Shown here one piece after another: positions 1-10,080 of a stretch of DNA of 64,000 nucleotides. How positions within the stretch are numbered: position 1 is the stretch's first letter; each line of letters begins with the position of its first letter. Source of the stretch: an uncultured delta proteobacterium (GTDB lineage Bacteria > Desulfobacterota > Desulfobacteria > Desulfobacterales > UBA2156). Where the stretch lies: the NCBI GenBank assembly GCA_963736855.1, contig CAVTQK010000021.1, positions 96,001-160,000 on the forward strand, written 5' to 3'. The notes below the pieces were generated by a model, which was given only the letters and a program-made list of their open reading frames with translations, ran no database searches and had not been told where the DNA came from. The position numbers and the translations under genes are program-made.

Positions 1-135
1 ATGACACCAGCCTTACAGGAGAATAAGCCCTTCAATGATTTAAGCTTTATTGAATACCGCTTCTTTGGGAATGTCATCCATGGCAAACGGGGAACATGGG
101 ACAGGCTTTAATGCCTGAACCCTGATGATGATTCA

Positions 136-176
136 AACCCCACAACCCTCATCTATTAATGGAAGGTTGTGGGGTT
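136..176. terminator. Inverted repeat, possible intrinsic terminator
   Basis: 12-bp perfect stem AACCCCACAACC / GGTTGTGGGGTT, downstream of the minus-strand SH3 gene; T-rich tail on the + side. Confidence 0.4.
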
Positions 177-323
177 ATCTTTTTCCATTGAAAAAATTCC
201 GGATGACGTCCGTTTCCTTTCTTATTCTTGGTTTTAAAGTCTGCGGTAGCGTTTTTTTTCAACCAGAAAACCAATCGCAAAATCAATGCTCTTTTCACGC
301 ATCTTGTTTGATGCGAAATCACC

Positions 324-1556
324 CTAATCATCGATCGTAAAAGTGAAGATGTGTCGGCCTTTGATATCTTTATCAGGTTTGAATACAAAAGCCTCCTTCT
401 CCTGTTTTGCGGCTGTTAGATAACGAATTCTAACGGATGGCTCAAAGGTCGAGTCCTTGCCTTCAATCTGTGTAAAAACGATTTCTATGCGGTTTTTCCC
501 TTTCTTCAGGCCCCCTTGGATATGCCCCGATGAATTGACGTCTTCCACGATTCTTTGTTTGCTGTTGTTGACGGTTACTTCAGTTCTGTATCCGGTTGAA
601 GAAATGTCGATTACACCATAGAGCTTCGGCTTTGAAATCGGTTCCGGTGCCGTATGAATTTTACCGTCTATCGCCAGATCTTCAGGAACATCGGATAGAT
701 CAAATTGGGTTGCACTTCCATTTTTCTGATATTTGGGACGTCCGACATTCATGATACCATCCACTTTCCAACCGGAAGCTTCTTCAACAAACTTGATGAA
801 AATGAAATTCACCGAAGCTGGCATATTGGGAGTGCTATCGACGCCATTTTTATCGATATATACCATACCCGCAGTCGGTCCCTCACGAAGGATCTTGACA
901 AATCGGCAGGCAGACAGATCCGGGAGAGATTCGGCCATGGACTTCATATTGTCAGGTGTCAACTCCCTCCCGGCACTGGACAAGGCGTTTACCATCATGG
1001 CGTAGCTATGCGAGGAAGTTGTTGCTTTAACGGCCTGCAAATCTCCCGCACGATAAGCTTTGGCATGAGCCGCCCAAATTCCTTCGAGATTTACTCTCAA
1101 GGAGTTCGGAGATGCAGGGGAGCCTGAGGACTTACTGATCACTGGAGCAGGTGTGGCTTCAGGAACCTGGACAGGGGAGGAAGGAGTTCGTTGCACGGGT
1201 TTTGCGATATCAGATCTTTTCCCAACCGTGGTTATATAACGCTCTGCTACCCAGCCCTGCTTTCCGGAGTCTGTTTGCACTTTTACCCAATCCCCCTCTC
1301 GGCTAAGAACTGTAAGAGGTTCGTCTTTTATCAGGACTCCCGTAATGAGGCTTTTGGTGTTACTTTCAGCACGCATATTCAGCCGACTGGTCGTCACTTT
1401 TACTATTTCCTGGATTTCTTCCGGTTTGGATGTTGGTGTAACCGCTAGAGTTGTGTCGACCGTCTGGGGCGCAGTCTCCGGCCTTTTCACGGCACAGCCT
1501 GCAACAAAAACGATGACAAGAAATACCAGGATCTTTTTTATCACCTTAAAGCTCAT
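324..1556 (-). CDS. SH3b-domain lipoprotein (SH3 + Pro-rich linker + NTF2-like + beta-rich C-terminal domain)
   Basis: Lipobox VAGC; SH3_3-like LNMRAES...GDWVKV...GWVAERY; start ATG 1556 with GGAG RBS overlaps the upstream stop (ATGA). Confidence 0.8.
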   Translation of the reverse strand: MSFKVIKKILVFLVIVFVAGCAVKRPETAPQTVDTTLAVTPTSKPEEIQEIVKVTTSRLNMRAESNTKSLITGVLIKDEPLTVLSREGDWVKVQTDSGKQGWVAERYITTVGKRSDIAKPVQRTPSSPVQVPEATPAPVISKSSGSPASPNSLRVNLEGIWAAHAKAYRAGDLQAVKATTSSHSYAMMVNALSSAGRELTPDNMKSMAESLPDLSACRFVKILREGPTAGMVYIDKNGVDSTPNMPASVNFIFIKFVEEASGWKVDGIMNVGRPKYQKNGSATQFDLSDVPEDLAIDGKIHTAPEPISKPKLYGVIDISSTGYRTEVTVNNSKQRIVEDVNSSGHIQGGLKKGKNRIEIVFTQIEGKDSTFEPSVRIRYLTAAKQEKEAFVFKPDKDIKGRHIFTFTIDD

Positions 1557-2713
1557 ATTCTGTCTCCTTTCCATTTTGTGGATGTCTCAAACAGTACGAG
1601 CAACCGATCCAACTTGGATTTGACCTGCATGCGAAAGAGTTTTCCCGTCCCCAGCTTCCCTCGGATCCTTCCCAATCGAATGTAGCTCTCCACGATCGTG
1701 TCAGGCACATCCGGAAGATCAGACTCGGGTTTTCGTACCAGGGACAAAGCGCCTGTAGGGCAACTGCTCACGCAAAGGCCGCAACCGATACATCGATCGG
1801 AATCGAGGACGACAACGTCGCCCTTAAGAGAAATCGCATCCATTTGGCAACGATCTATGCATACGCCGCATGCTTCACAGACGGTCGGATCGAGACTCGT
1901 CAAAAACGCACTCGAGATCAGGGTTCCCGGCTTGGGGTGGCACTTCAAGCTCCTGAGCACACCGCAGCAGCAGCCACAGCAGGTGCAAATCCAAAGCGCC
2001 TCCTTGGCATTGGCAGGCTGTAATATCAGACCCGCGGTTTCAGCCCGTTCCAGAATGGATAGAGTTTCTTCCTTGTCGATATATCGGCCTCGGTTATTAT
2101 ACACTACGGATCGAGCGGCAGTCCCGAAGGAAAGACAGCTTTCCTCCGGTTTTTCGCATCCGTTCCCCAGGACACGCATCTCCTGACGACAAATACAGTT
2201 GCTCACGGCAAATATCTTCTGAGTGCGAATCAGTTCAGCGGCCTGTTCATAAGGCATGACTTTATTTTCGGTATTCAGGCTTTTTTCCACAGGGATCGTT
2301 CGGAGCTGAGGTGCTTTTCGCCATAGTTCGTAATCGACGAAATCCGGAAGGTACGCCTCGAAATCTTTAATAAGGTCCCGATTCAGCCGGTTAACCTGTC
2401 CTTCCCAGAAGCCGATGACGAACTGCTGCGCCCGGTATCGGGCCGGCTGTCCTTCGCGGTGATGGCCATAGACAAGCCCTCGTTTTTCCATATCCGAAAG
2501 ACGGGCGGATGCTTCTTCAACCGAAATGCCGACCCTCCGGGCGATCACCCGGGGCTCTTCCGGGATCAAGGTGAGATGAAGCGCTATATTTGTATCTTCG
2601 GGAGTAAACAGACGTCGGAGGATGCGCATTTCCGCAGCCGCTTGGGTGCGAGGAAAGCCTGCAGGCAAATCGTCCAGATGCCGCGCCAGCTTTTCGTAGA
2701 TATCTTCAGGCAT
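1553..2713 (-). CDS. 4Fe-4S dicluster protein with N-terminal HTH-like region
   Basis: CxCR, CTCCGCCC and two CxxCxxCxxxC ferredoxin motifs; start set at MPEDIY. Confidence 0.85.
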   Translation of the reverse strand: MPEDIYEKLARHLDDLPAGFPRTQAAAEMRILRRLFTPEDTNIALHLTLIPEEPRVIARRVGISVEEASARLSDMEKRGLVYGHHREGQPARYRAQQFVIGFWEGQVNRLNRDLIKDFEAYLPDFVDYELWRKAPQLRTIPVEKSLNTENKVMPYEQAAELIRTQKIFAVSNCICRQEMRVLGNGCEKPEESCLSFGTAARSVVYNNRGRYIDKEETLSILERAETAGLILQPANAKEALWICTCCGCCCGVLRSLKCHPKPGTLISSAFLTSLDPTVCEACGVCIDRCQMDAISLKGDVVVLDSDRCIGCGLCVSSCPTGALSLVRKPESDLPDVPDTIVESYIRLGRIRGKLGTGKLFRMQVKSKLDRLLVLFETSTKWKGDRI

Positions 2714-2953
2714 GATCTGTATATTTTTTGAAAAATAATGTTCAGTTTTATTCCGATTCACAAACCATCGCAGATCAAAATCACCTAACCTTTTGTGATT
2801 CTTTAGATGAATTATGCTTATTTGACAAGTGCCATTCGATACAGTATCTGAATCCGCACCGAATACATTGGGTTACCTCGAAAATCACCCCATGCCGAAT
2901 CCGTCCGGATATAATCGCCATGGTTGATCCTCTTATAAGAGGTTTTGCTGCCG

Positions 2954-3790
2954 ATGATCGTGCTTATACTGGTAGTTCTTACCGCCTATCTGCTTGTGAC
3001 GCTTTTTTTTGCCTATATGATCCACGAATATCCCCGAAAACCTGTCAAAGATCGGCCGGACTGGGGGCATGTGTCTGATGTACGGATTCCCACGGTCAAC
3101 GGAAAATCCTTAGAAGCCTGGCGTATCGAACCGAAAGGCCGCTCCAAAGGGATTGTGGTATTTGCCCACGGGTGGAGCCGAAACCGGGATCGGATGGTTT
3201 CCCGGGCCAGAATTTTCGGAAAGTGGGATTACACCACCGTCATTCACAGCGCCCGTGACCACGGAGAATCCAACTCCCAGAGAGGGATGAACGCACTCCG
3301 GTTTGCAGAAGACATCGAGTCGGTCCTTTTTTGGATCGGTTATCCGGTTATCCTCTACGGTCATTCCGTCGGCTCAGGAGGTGCCGCCATCGCGGCTTGG
3401 CGGAATCCGGAGAGGGTGAAACTGCTTTTTCTGGAAGGTTCTTATCCTTATACAGGGGAGATGCTCATGAGCCTTTTTAACTGGTATGGCCGCCCTTTCA
3501 GATTCCTTTTCGGGCACATGATTCTTTTTTGGATGAACCTTTATTACAGAGGCAGGCTCGAAAAGCTGAGCCCGGCCCGGCTGGCTCCGGAGCTGAAAAT
3601 GCCGATCATGCTCATCCATGGGGAAAAGGATAGACGATTTCCCCTTTCTTTTGCACTAACCCTGAAAAAAGCGCTTCACCCCGAATCCTCGGATCTTTTC
3701 ATCGGTCAGGGGGCAAACCATAGCGGATCGAGTACTGCACCGGGCTATGAAGATGCGATTTTGAGGTTTCTGGAAAAGCACCCCGTCTAA
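2954..3790 (+). CDS. Alpha/beta hydrolase with N-terminal membrane anchor
   Basis: HGW oxyanion motif, GHSVG nucleophile elbow, HGEKD, GANH. Confidence 0.85.
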   Translation: MIVLILVVLTAYLLVTLFFAYMIHEYPRKPVKDRPDWGHVSDVRIPTVNGKSLEAWRIEPKGRSKGIVVFAHGWSRNRDRMVSRARIFGKWDYTTVIHSARDHGESNSQRGMNALRFAEDIESVLFWIGYPVILYGHSVGSGGAAIAAWRNPERVKLLFLEGSYPYTGEMLMSLFNWYGRPFRFLFGHMILFWMNLYYRGRLEKLSPARLAPELKMPIMLIHGEKDRRFPLSFALTLKKALHPESSDLFIGQGANHSGSSTAPGYEDAILRFLEKHPV

Positions 3791-3832
3791 ACAGGATTCT
3801 TCCATAAAATGAGGGTTAACCCTGTTGTTGCA

Positions 3833-3931
3833 AAAGCTGAGGATGTCCCAGATCCAAGGCGCCCAAGGGCGAAGCCGTAATATTTTACTGCGAGCCCTTG
3901 GCAACGAAGGAGATGGGGCATCTTCAGCTTT
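3833..3931. repeat. Long imperfect palindromic (REP-like) element
   Basis: Outer stem AAAGCTGAGGATGTCCCA / TGGGGCATCTTCAGCTTT, inner CCAAGGGC / GCCCTTGG; lies between convergent genes. Confidence 0.6.
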
Positions 3932-4077
3932 CCCTCCGGGTAAAAAAACATGACAGATTTTTTCTTTGTTTTAGAAGTCATAAAAAGTTTATTAGCGAAC
4001 CATGCCTAAACGTATTCAAATGCACTGTTATCATTCTTTTTTCTATACCTTGTCATGTTTTTTATGCAACTGCAGGG

Positions 4078-4776
4078 TTAAAGCTGCTTGGGGTCAATAC
4101 CGGATCGTTTGATGAGCGTACCCGAGTCCCAGCCGGAGACTCGAGCCCAATGAGTCATCTCCACCGGTTGAGAGCCTTGATGGATGAGTTTGCCGAACAG
4201 ATATTTTTGACCGTTTAGCCGTTTGGCCTGAACAAGATAGGTGAACACCCCATGGCCGATGATGGCAAACGTCGTAAAGGGATCGTCGGCATATTGCCGC
4301 ATGGCCGCATCCAGTTTTTCCAAAAGTTTAGCACTCGGGTTAGGGATTGGAACCATCAGATCCGGATCCACTGAAATTTGGCCATGGGCCTGAAAATAGG
4401 CCGTTTCACCTTTTTCCGGATAGTAATACCCTCTTGGAGGATCGAGTTTTTCCGCTGGAAGAGAAACAGTTCCTCCTTTTTGGATCCACATAGAAAGCAA
4501 ACGTTTGTTCAGCCGTGCCGCCAGCACCGCATCGATAAAAGCCATCCGGGGAGCTTGCGCCGGAGACGCCTGATATGCAGAAATGATTTCTGTGGGAACA
4601 AGATCCAGAATACCGGAAAGATCCGCAGCCGGGATCTTAATCCATCGATCGGTGTGCGGATGCTGGATGCGGTATCCTTTACCATCGGTGGAACGGGTTG
4701 ATATGGTTTCAAATAGCGTCAATACTTGCATGGAGTGAATCCTTTGGTTGTCGATATTTGAAAATGGCCGGTTCAA
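4078..4776 (-). CDS. Hypothetical protein
   Basis: 232-aa ORF filling an otherwise empty interval; no recognised motif; start uncertain. Confidence 0.55.
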   Translation of the reverse strand: MNRPFSNIDNQRIHSMQVLTLFETISTRSTDGKGYRIQHPHTDRWIKIPAADLSGILDLVPTEIISAYQASPAQAPRMAFIDAVLAARLNKRLLSMWIQKGGTVSLPAEKLDPPRGYYYPEKGETAYFQAHGQISVDPDLMVPIPNPSAKLLEKLDAAMRQYADDPFTTFAIIGHGVFTYLVQAKRLNGQKYLFGKLIHQGSQPVEMTHWARVSGWDSGTLIKRSGIDPKQL

Positions 4777-5249
4777 TCATCTTGCCGGCGCCATCATGGA
4801 CCGCAGCCGCTGCCGGAGGGTGTTATCCGAAAACAGAGCACGATCATCTTGGTGCAATCAGGTCTTAAGTTATCTGAAGAACTATGCGCTGTCAATGGAA
4901 ATTTGATAGACATCTTATTGAAATCATGACTAATTTTAGCATGGTGGGCCCGGAGACTTCGATCGGCTGACCGCCTAATATAATGCTAAATACTTTTTGA
5001 AGCAGCTGACAAGGCGGTTTCGATTCCTTAATCCCTGGTTGACTATTTGTGGCAGATTTGAGATAAAAAAATGCTTATCTCATCCATGACTAAGCGGAAT
5101 TTCGACAGAGGCGACACACCATCTGAATCGCAAATATTTTTAAGAAACCGGGGTGAGTGACGTGTAGCGCCGGCAACGAATACCGGCAGACAAATCCCGG
5201 TTTTTTTGATGATAGATGGAAGAATCCCTTTACGAAGGAGGTGAATGTC

Positions 5250-5810
5250 ATGTCCGTAGAAAGTCCATTTATCCTTGTTGACCCCGAGCGTTGCGTGGGT
5301 TGCCACACATGTGAGCTGGCCTGCGCCGCATCGCACACTCGGGCAGGCACGGTCCTGGGGGCGGTCCTGGCCGGTGAGCGACTCCAGCCCCGCAATCGGG
5401 TGGTGCAGGTGGATAGGGTCAAGCTTTCCACCCAGTGCCGGCAATGCGAGGACGCTCCCTGCGTCCGGGTCTGTCCCACCGGCGCAACCTACCGCACCGA
5501 GACCTTCACAGCTGTTGACCCGAGGCTCTGCATTGCATGCAGGCTCTGCATGATCGTCTGCCCCTTTGGCGCCATCCATGTGGCGACCACAGACATCCGT
5601 GGCAGGGAAAAGAAGGCCGCCATCAAATGCGACCTGTGTTCGGATCGGGCCGAAGGCCCCGCATGCGTGGCTGCCTGCCCGACCCGGGCCCTCAACCTGA
5701 GGTATCCCGTAGAGATCATGCAGCAGGCCGCACAGACGACATCCAGGCAGTTTCTCGATGCCCTCAGCAGTCAGCAGGAACTGACCGCCCAACATAGCTT
5801 AAGGAGGTGA
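5250..5810 (+). CDS. cooF: CooF-like 4x[4Fe-4S] electron transfer protein
   Basis: CVGCHTCELAC, CRQCEDAPCVRVCP, CIACRLCMIVCP, KCDLC...CP; AAGGAGG RBS; directly upstream of cooS. Confidence 0.9.
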   Translation: MSVESPFILVDPERCVGCHTCELACAASHTRAGTVLGAVLAGERLQPRNRVVQVDRVKLSTQCRQCEDAPCVRVCPTGATYRTETFTAVDPRLCIACRLCMIVCPFGAIHVATTDIRGREKKAAIKCDLCSDRAEGPACVAACPTRALNLRYPVEIMQQAAQTTSRQFLDALSSQQELTAQHSLRR

Positions 5811-5816
5811 TGAGCC

Positions 5817-7697
5817 ATGACAATCAGCGAGAAAATTCTAGGCAGGAGCATCGATCCTTCAGTACACAAGATGCTGGAGCGGGCCGGGGAACTGGGCCTT
5901 GAGACGGCCTGGGACCGGTATGAGGCCCAGTTGCCCCAGTGTGGTTTCGGTGAATTGGGGGTCTGCTGCCGACACTGCAACATGGGGCCCTGCCGCATCA
6001 GCCCCTTTGACGGCGAAGGCCCCAAGGCAGGAGTGTGCGGGGCCACGGCCGATATTATCGTGGCGCGCGGCCTCATCCGCATGATTGCGGCAGGCGCGGC
6101 GTCCCATTCCGATCACGGCAGGGATATCGCCCACACCCTCCTCCTGACGGCCGAGGGAAAAAGCGGGGGATATCAGATCAAGGACGAGGCCAAGCTCAAG
6201 GCTCTGGCAGCCGAGTACGGCATCAAGACCGAGGGTCGTAAAGCAACAGAAATCGGGATCGATTTGGCAAAGGCGGTTTCAGCAGAGTTCGGCAAACAGG
6301 AGGGCCCCATTCAATTTACCCGACGGGCGCCTGAAAAGCGGGTGGCCCTCTGGAAAAAGCTGGGGATAGATCCCCGCGGTATCGATCGGGAGATCGTGGA
6401 GATCATGCACCGCACCCATATCGGTGTGGACAATGATCCGGTGAACCTGATCCTCCATGGGCTCAGGGCCTCTATTTCGGACGGCTGGGGCGGGTCCATG
6501 GTAGCGACTGAACTTTCCGATGTCCTTTTCGGCACACCAACCCCCAAACGTTCCGTATCAAATCTGGGCGTGCTACAGGAAGACCATGTGAATATTATCC
6601 TGAATGGACACGAGCCCACCCTATCCGAGATGATCGTTGCCGCTGCCAAAGATCCCAAGCTGATCGCTCTGGCGGAAAAATACGGAGCAAAGGGGATCCA
6701 GGTGGCCGGAATGTGCTGCACAGGCAATGAGATTCTGATGCGGCACGGGGTGCCCATTGCCGGCAATTTCCTGCAGCAGGAACTGGCGATCATCACCGGC
6801 GCCGTTGATGCCATGATCGTGGATGTGCAGTGCATCATGCCGGCCTTAGGAGCCTTGACCGGCTGTTTTCACACCAAGTTCATATCCACCTCCCCTAAGG
6901 CCAAGTTTCCTTACGCCACCCATATGGAATTCAACGAAGAGCATGCGGCCGAGATTGCCAGGGATATTGTCAAGGTATCGGTTGAAAACTTCCGTTTCCG
7001 CAAACCCGAAATGGTACGCATCCCTGACGACAAAATGGAATGTATGGCCGGATTCAGCGTGGAAGCCATTGTGGGGGCCTTAGGCGGGACCCTCGATCCG
7101 CTCCTGAATGCCATCAAGGGCGGGGCTATCAAGGGGATTGTAGCTCTTGTGGGATGCAATAATGTAAAAGTCCGGCAAGACTATACCCATGTCAACATGA
7201 TCCGGGAGCTGATCCGCAACAATGTGCTGGTGGTGACCACAGGGTGCAACGCCATTGCTGCGGCCAAGGCAGGACTGCTGCTGCCGGAAGCGGCAGAGTT
7301 ATGCGGCGAGGGGCTCAAAGGTGTATGCAAGGCTTTGGGCATACCACCGGCCCTCCATATGGGTTCCTGTGTGGACATCAGCCGGATACTGGTGGCCTGC
7401 GCCGCCATTGCCAATGCCTTGGGCGTGGATATCAGCGATCTTCCGGTCGCAGGGGGTGCGCCGGAATGGATGAGCGAGAAGGCCGTCAGCATTGGAGCGT
7501 ACGTAGTGGCCTCGGGTGTATTTACAGTCCTGGGGACCGTTCCCCAGGTCCTGGGAAGTCCGGTGGTAACGGAACTTCTGACAAAAGGCGCAAAGGATGT
7601 GGTAGGAGCCGTCTTTGCGGTGGAAACAGATCCTTTCAAGGCCGCAAAGCTGATGATTGACCACATCGAAGCGAAGCGCAAGGCCCTGGGGATATAG
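5817..7697 (+). CDS. cooS: Anaerobic Ni,Fe-carbon monoxide dehydrogenase catalytic subunit
   Basis: CGFGELGVCCRHCNMGPC (D/B clusters), SHSDHGR, C-cluster ligands NGHEP, MCCTGNE, DVQC, GCNN, TGCNA, GSCVD, and EKAV. Confidence 0.97.
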   Translation: MTISEKILGRSIDPSVHKMLERAGELGLETAWDRYEAQLPQCGFGELGVCCRHCNMGPCRISPFDGEGPKAGVCGATADIIVARGLIRMIAAGAASHSDHGRDIAHTLLLTAEGKSGGYQIKDEAKLKALAAEYGIKTEGRKATEIGIDLAKAVSAEFGKQEGPIQFTRRAPEKRVALWKKLGIDPRGIDREIVEIMHRTHIGVDNDPVNLILHGLRASISDGWGGSMVATELSDVLFGTPTPKRSVSNLGVLQEDHVNIILNGHEPTLSEMIVAAAKDPKLIALAEKYGAKGIQVAGMCCTGNEILMRHGVPIAGNFLQQELAIITGAVDAMIVDVQCIMPALGALTGCFHTKFISTSPKAKFPYATHMEFNEEHAAEIARDIVKVSVENFRFRKPEMVRIPDDKMECMAGFSVEAIVGALGGTLDPLLNAIKGGAIKGIVALVGCNNVKVRQDYTHVNMIRELIRNNVLVVTTGCNAIAAAKAGLLLPEAAELCGEGLKGVCKALGIPPALHMGSCVDISRILVACAAIANALGVDISDLPVAGGAPEWMSEKAVSIGAYVVASGVFTVLGTVPQVLGSPVVTELLTKGAKDVVGAVFAVETDPFKAAKLMIDHIEAKRKALGI

Positions 7698-7713
7698 GGA
7701 GAGGGAGTTCGTC

Positions 7714-8193
7714 ATGCCGCTCATTGCCCAACGATACCATCCCCGGGCCGGGGCCGTGCTGGCCCGATTGCATGAAATCCATTCGGACCGGGGATGGCTC
7801 TCTGAAGAGGATCTTCGCACGGCCGCCTGCGACTTGGCCGTACCCTTGAGTCAAATTTACAGCGCTGCGACCTTCTATTCGGCCTTCAGTCTAAAGCCGC
7901 GTGGGCGGCATACGGCCCAGGTTTGTCTGGGGACGGCCTGCTACATCCGGGGCGGCGACCGATTGCTGGAGAAGATCGAGGCATCCCTCGGCGTGAAAGA
8001 GGGTGAGACGACCCAGGACGGTATGTTTACGGTCGAGACGGTCCACTGTCTCGGGTCGTGCAGCATGTCGCCCGTCATGCGGATAGATGACCGTGTCTAT
8101 GGAAGGCTCAGGGTCGATCGCGTCGCTCGGATACTGAAAAAATTCACGAAGGGGACGCTAGGTGAAAACTCGATTGAGGAGCAGGAGAAATGA
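7714..8193 (+). CDS. NuoE/HydC-like [2Fe-2S] subunit
   Basis: ATFYSAF, VCLGTAC, CLGSC motifs; GGGAG RBS. Confidence 0.9.
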   Translation: MPLIAQRYHPRAGAVLARLHEIHSDRGWLSEEDLRTAACDLAVPLSQIYSAATFYSAFSLKPRGRHTAQVCLGTACYIRGGDRLLEKIEASLGVKEGETTQDGMFTVETVHCLGSCSMSPVMRIDDRVYGRLRVDRVARILKKFTKGTLGENSIEEQEK

Positions 8194-10076
8194 CAATACG
8201 CTCCCACGCCGATCTGGAGAGGCTGAGAGAGGAAGGGGTTTCCCTGTTGCATCCCGAACGGCCAAGGATCAGCGTCGGCATGGCCACATGCGGACTTGCG
8301 GCAGGGGCAGGGGCCATATTCGATGCCATTCGGGATGCATGCAAGACCTACGGCATGGATATCGTGCTGGTTTCCACCGGCTGCATCGGCTGTTGCCAGC
8401 AGGAGCCGGTGGTGGACGTGTACATGCCGGGACTGGGAAGGGTTCTCTACACCCGGATGACTCCCGAAGCCGGGCAGAAGCTGATCGCGGCTCTCTCGGC
8501 CGGTGAACTCCCTGGGGAACATGCCCTGGCCGTGATCCCCGAACCAGGGTCCGACCCGCTAAAAGGCATGGGCCTTCTCTCCCGGCTGCCCCTTATCAGC
8601 GAGCTTCCCTTTTATGCAAAACAGCACAAGATTATTTTGCGCAACAGCGGCATGATCAACCCGAAAAGCATTGAGGAATATGCGGCTGTAGGCGGATATC
8701 GGGCTCTGAGCCGGGCCTTGCGGGACCTTTCTCCGCAGGAAGTTATTGAAGAGATCACCCAATCCGGGCTCAGGGGACGTGGCGGCGGCGGTTTTCCCAC
8801 CGGGAAAAAGTGGGAGGTTTGCAGCCATGCAGCAGGAACGCCTAAGTACATCATTTGCAATGCCGATGAAGGCGATCCCGGGGCTTACATGGATCGCACG
8901 GTGCTTGAAAGCGACACCTATGCAGTGATCGAGGGGATGACCATTGCCGGGTATGCCATAGGGGCTTCTCAGGGATATGTCTATGTGAGAAACGAGTATC
9001 CCCTGGCCATCGAGCGGATCCGGAACGCTATTGAGCGATCCGGGACCCTGGGGCTTTTAGGAGAAGACATCCTGGGATCGGGTTTCAGCTTTTCCATCGA
9101 TGTGGTACGGGGGGCCGGGGCCTTTGTGTGCGGCGAGGAGACCGCCCTGATTGCCTCCATGGAAGGGGGGATAGGCGAACCCAGGCCCAAACCGCCTTAT
9201 CCGGCTGTCAAGGGGCTCTGGGGCCAACCGACCATCATTAACAATGTCAAGACATTGGCATCGGTTTCAGCGATTGTGGCAGAAGGGGCAGACTGGTATG
9301 CCGGAATCGGGACCGAAGGGAATACCGGTACAGTCGTTTTCTCCTTGGTGGGGAAGATCGCCAACACCGGGCTTGTGGAGGCGCCCCTGGGCATGACCCT
9401 GGCTGAAATGATTTATGGAATCGGGGGAGGGGGATTGGACGGCAGACGGGTCAAGGCGGTCCAGACCGGCGGTCCCTCGGGCGGCTGTATCCCGGCTGAC
9501 CTCTTCCACCTCCCTATCGACTATACTTCGCTGAAACAGGCCGGTTCCATCATGGGTTCAGGCGGCATGGTGGTGATGGATGAAGAGACCTGCATGGTGG
9601 ATGTGGCCCACTATTTTCTCCGTTTCACCATGGCGGAGTCGTGCGGAAAGTGTACGCCCTGCCGTGAAGGGACCCGCCATATGGTCGAGATCCTCACCCG
9701 CATCATCGAGGGGAAGGCCGGACCGGGAGATCTGGCGCTGCTGGAAGAGATTGCTCTGTGGGTTCAGGGAGCATCACTTTGTGGGCTTGGTCAGACGGCC
9801 CCGAATCCGGTGCTTTCCACGCTTCGTTATTTCCGGGATGAATACGATGCCCATGTGAATGGAAGACGATGTCCGGCCGGAGTCTGCCGCGCCCTGATAC
9901 GACTCGCTATTGTGCCCGAGCGTTGTACCGGATGCGGACTTTGCCTGCGGGAGTGCCCTGTGTGCGCCATCAGCGGAGAAAAAAAACAGCCCCATGTGAT
10001 TGATGTGGCCTTGTGCACCCACTGCCGCACCTGCTACGACATCTGCCCTGAAGGGGCCGTCGAGATCGTGAGGTAA
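8190..10076 (+). CDS. NuoF/HydB-like FMN/NAD-binding subunit (long form)
   Basis: N-terminal thioredoxin-like FeS domain, SGLRGRGGGGFPTG, NADEGDPGAYMDR, GGPSGG, SCGKCTPCREG, C-terminal 2x[4Fe-4S]. Confidence 0.93.
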   Translation: MTIRSHADLERLREEGVSLLHPERPRISVGMATCGLAAGAGAIFDAIRDACKTYGMDIVLVSTGCIGCCQQEPVVDVYMPGLGRVLYTRMTPEAGQKLIAALSAGELPGEHALAVIPEPGSDPLKGMGLLSRLPLISELPFYAKQHKIILRNSGMINPKSIEEYAAVGGYRALSRALRDLSPQEVIEEITQSGLRGRGGGGFPTGKKWEVCSHAAGTPKYIICNADEGDPGAYMDRTVLESDTYAVIEGMTIAGYAIGASQGYVYVRNEYPLAIERIRNAIERSGTLGLLGEDILGSGFSFSIDVVRGAGAFVCGEETALIASMEGGIGEPRPKPPYPAVKGLWGQPTIINNVKTLASVSAIVAEGADWYAGIGTEGNTGTVVFSLVGKIANTGLVEAPLGMTLAEMIYGIGGGGLDGRRVKAVQTGGPSGGCIPADLFHLPIDYTSLKQAGSIMGSGGMVVMDEETCMVDVAHYFLRFTMAESCGKCTPCREGTRHMVEILTRIIEGKAGPGDLALLEEIALWVQGASLCGLGQTAPNPVLSTLRYFRDEYDAHVNGRRCPAGVCRALIRLAIVPERCTGCGLCLRECPVCAISGEKKQPHVIDVALCTHCRTCYDICPEGAVEIVR

Positions 10077-10080
10077 TCCC

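Noticed and set aside
4903..4916. FNR/CooA-like box TTGAT-AGAC-ATCTT upstream of cooF
   Set aside because: Imperfect half-site, over 300 bp from the start, in AT-rich DNA; could be chance
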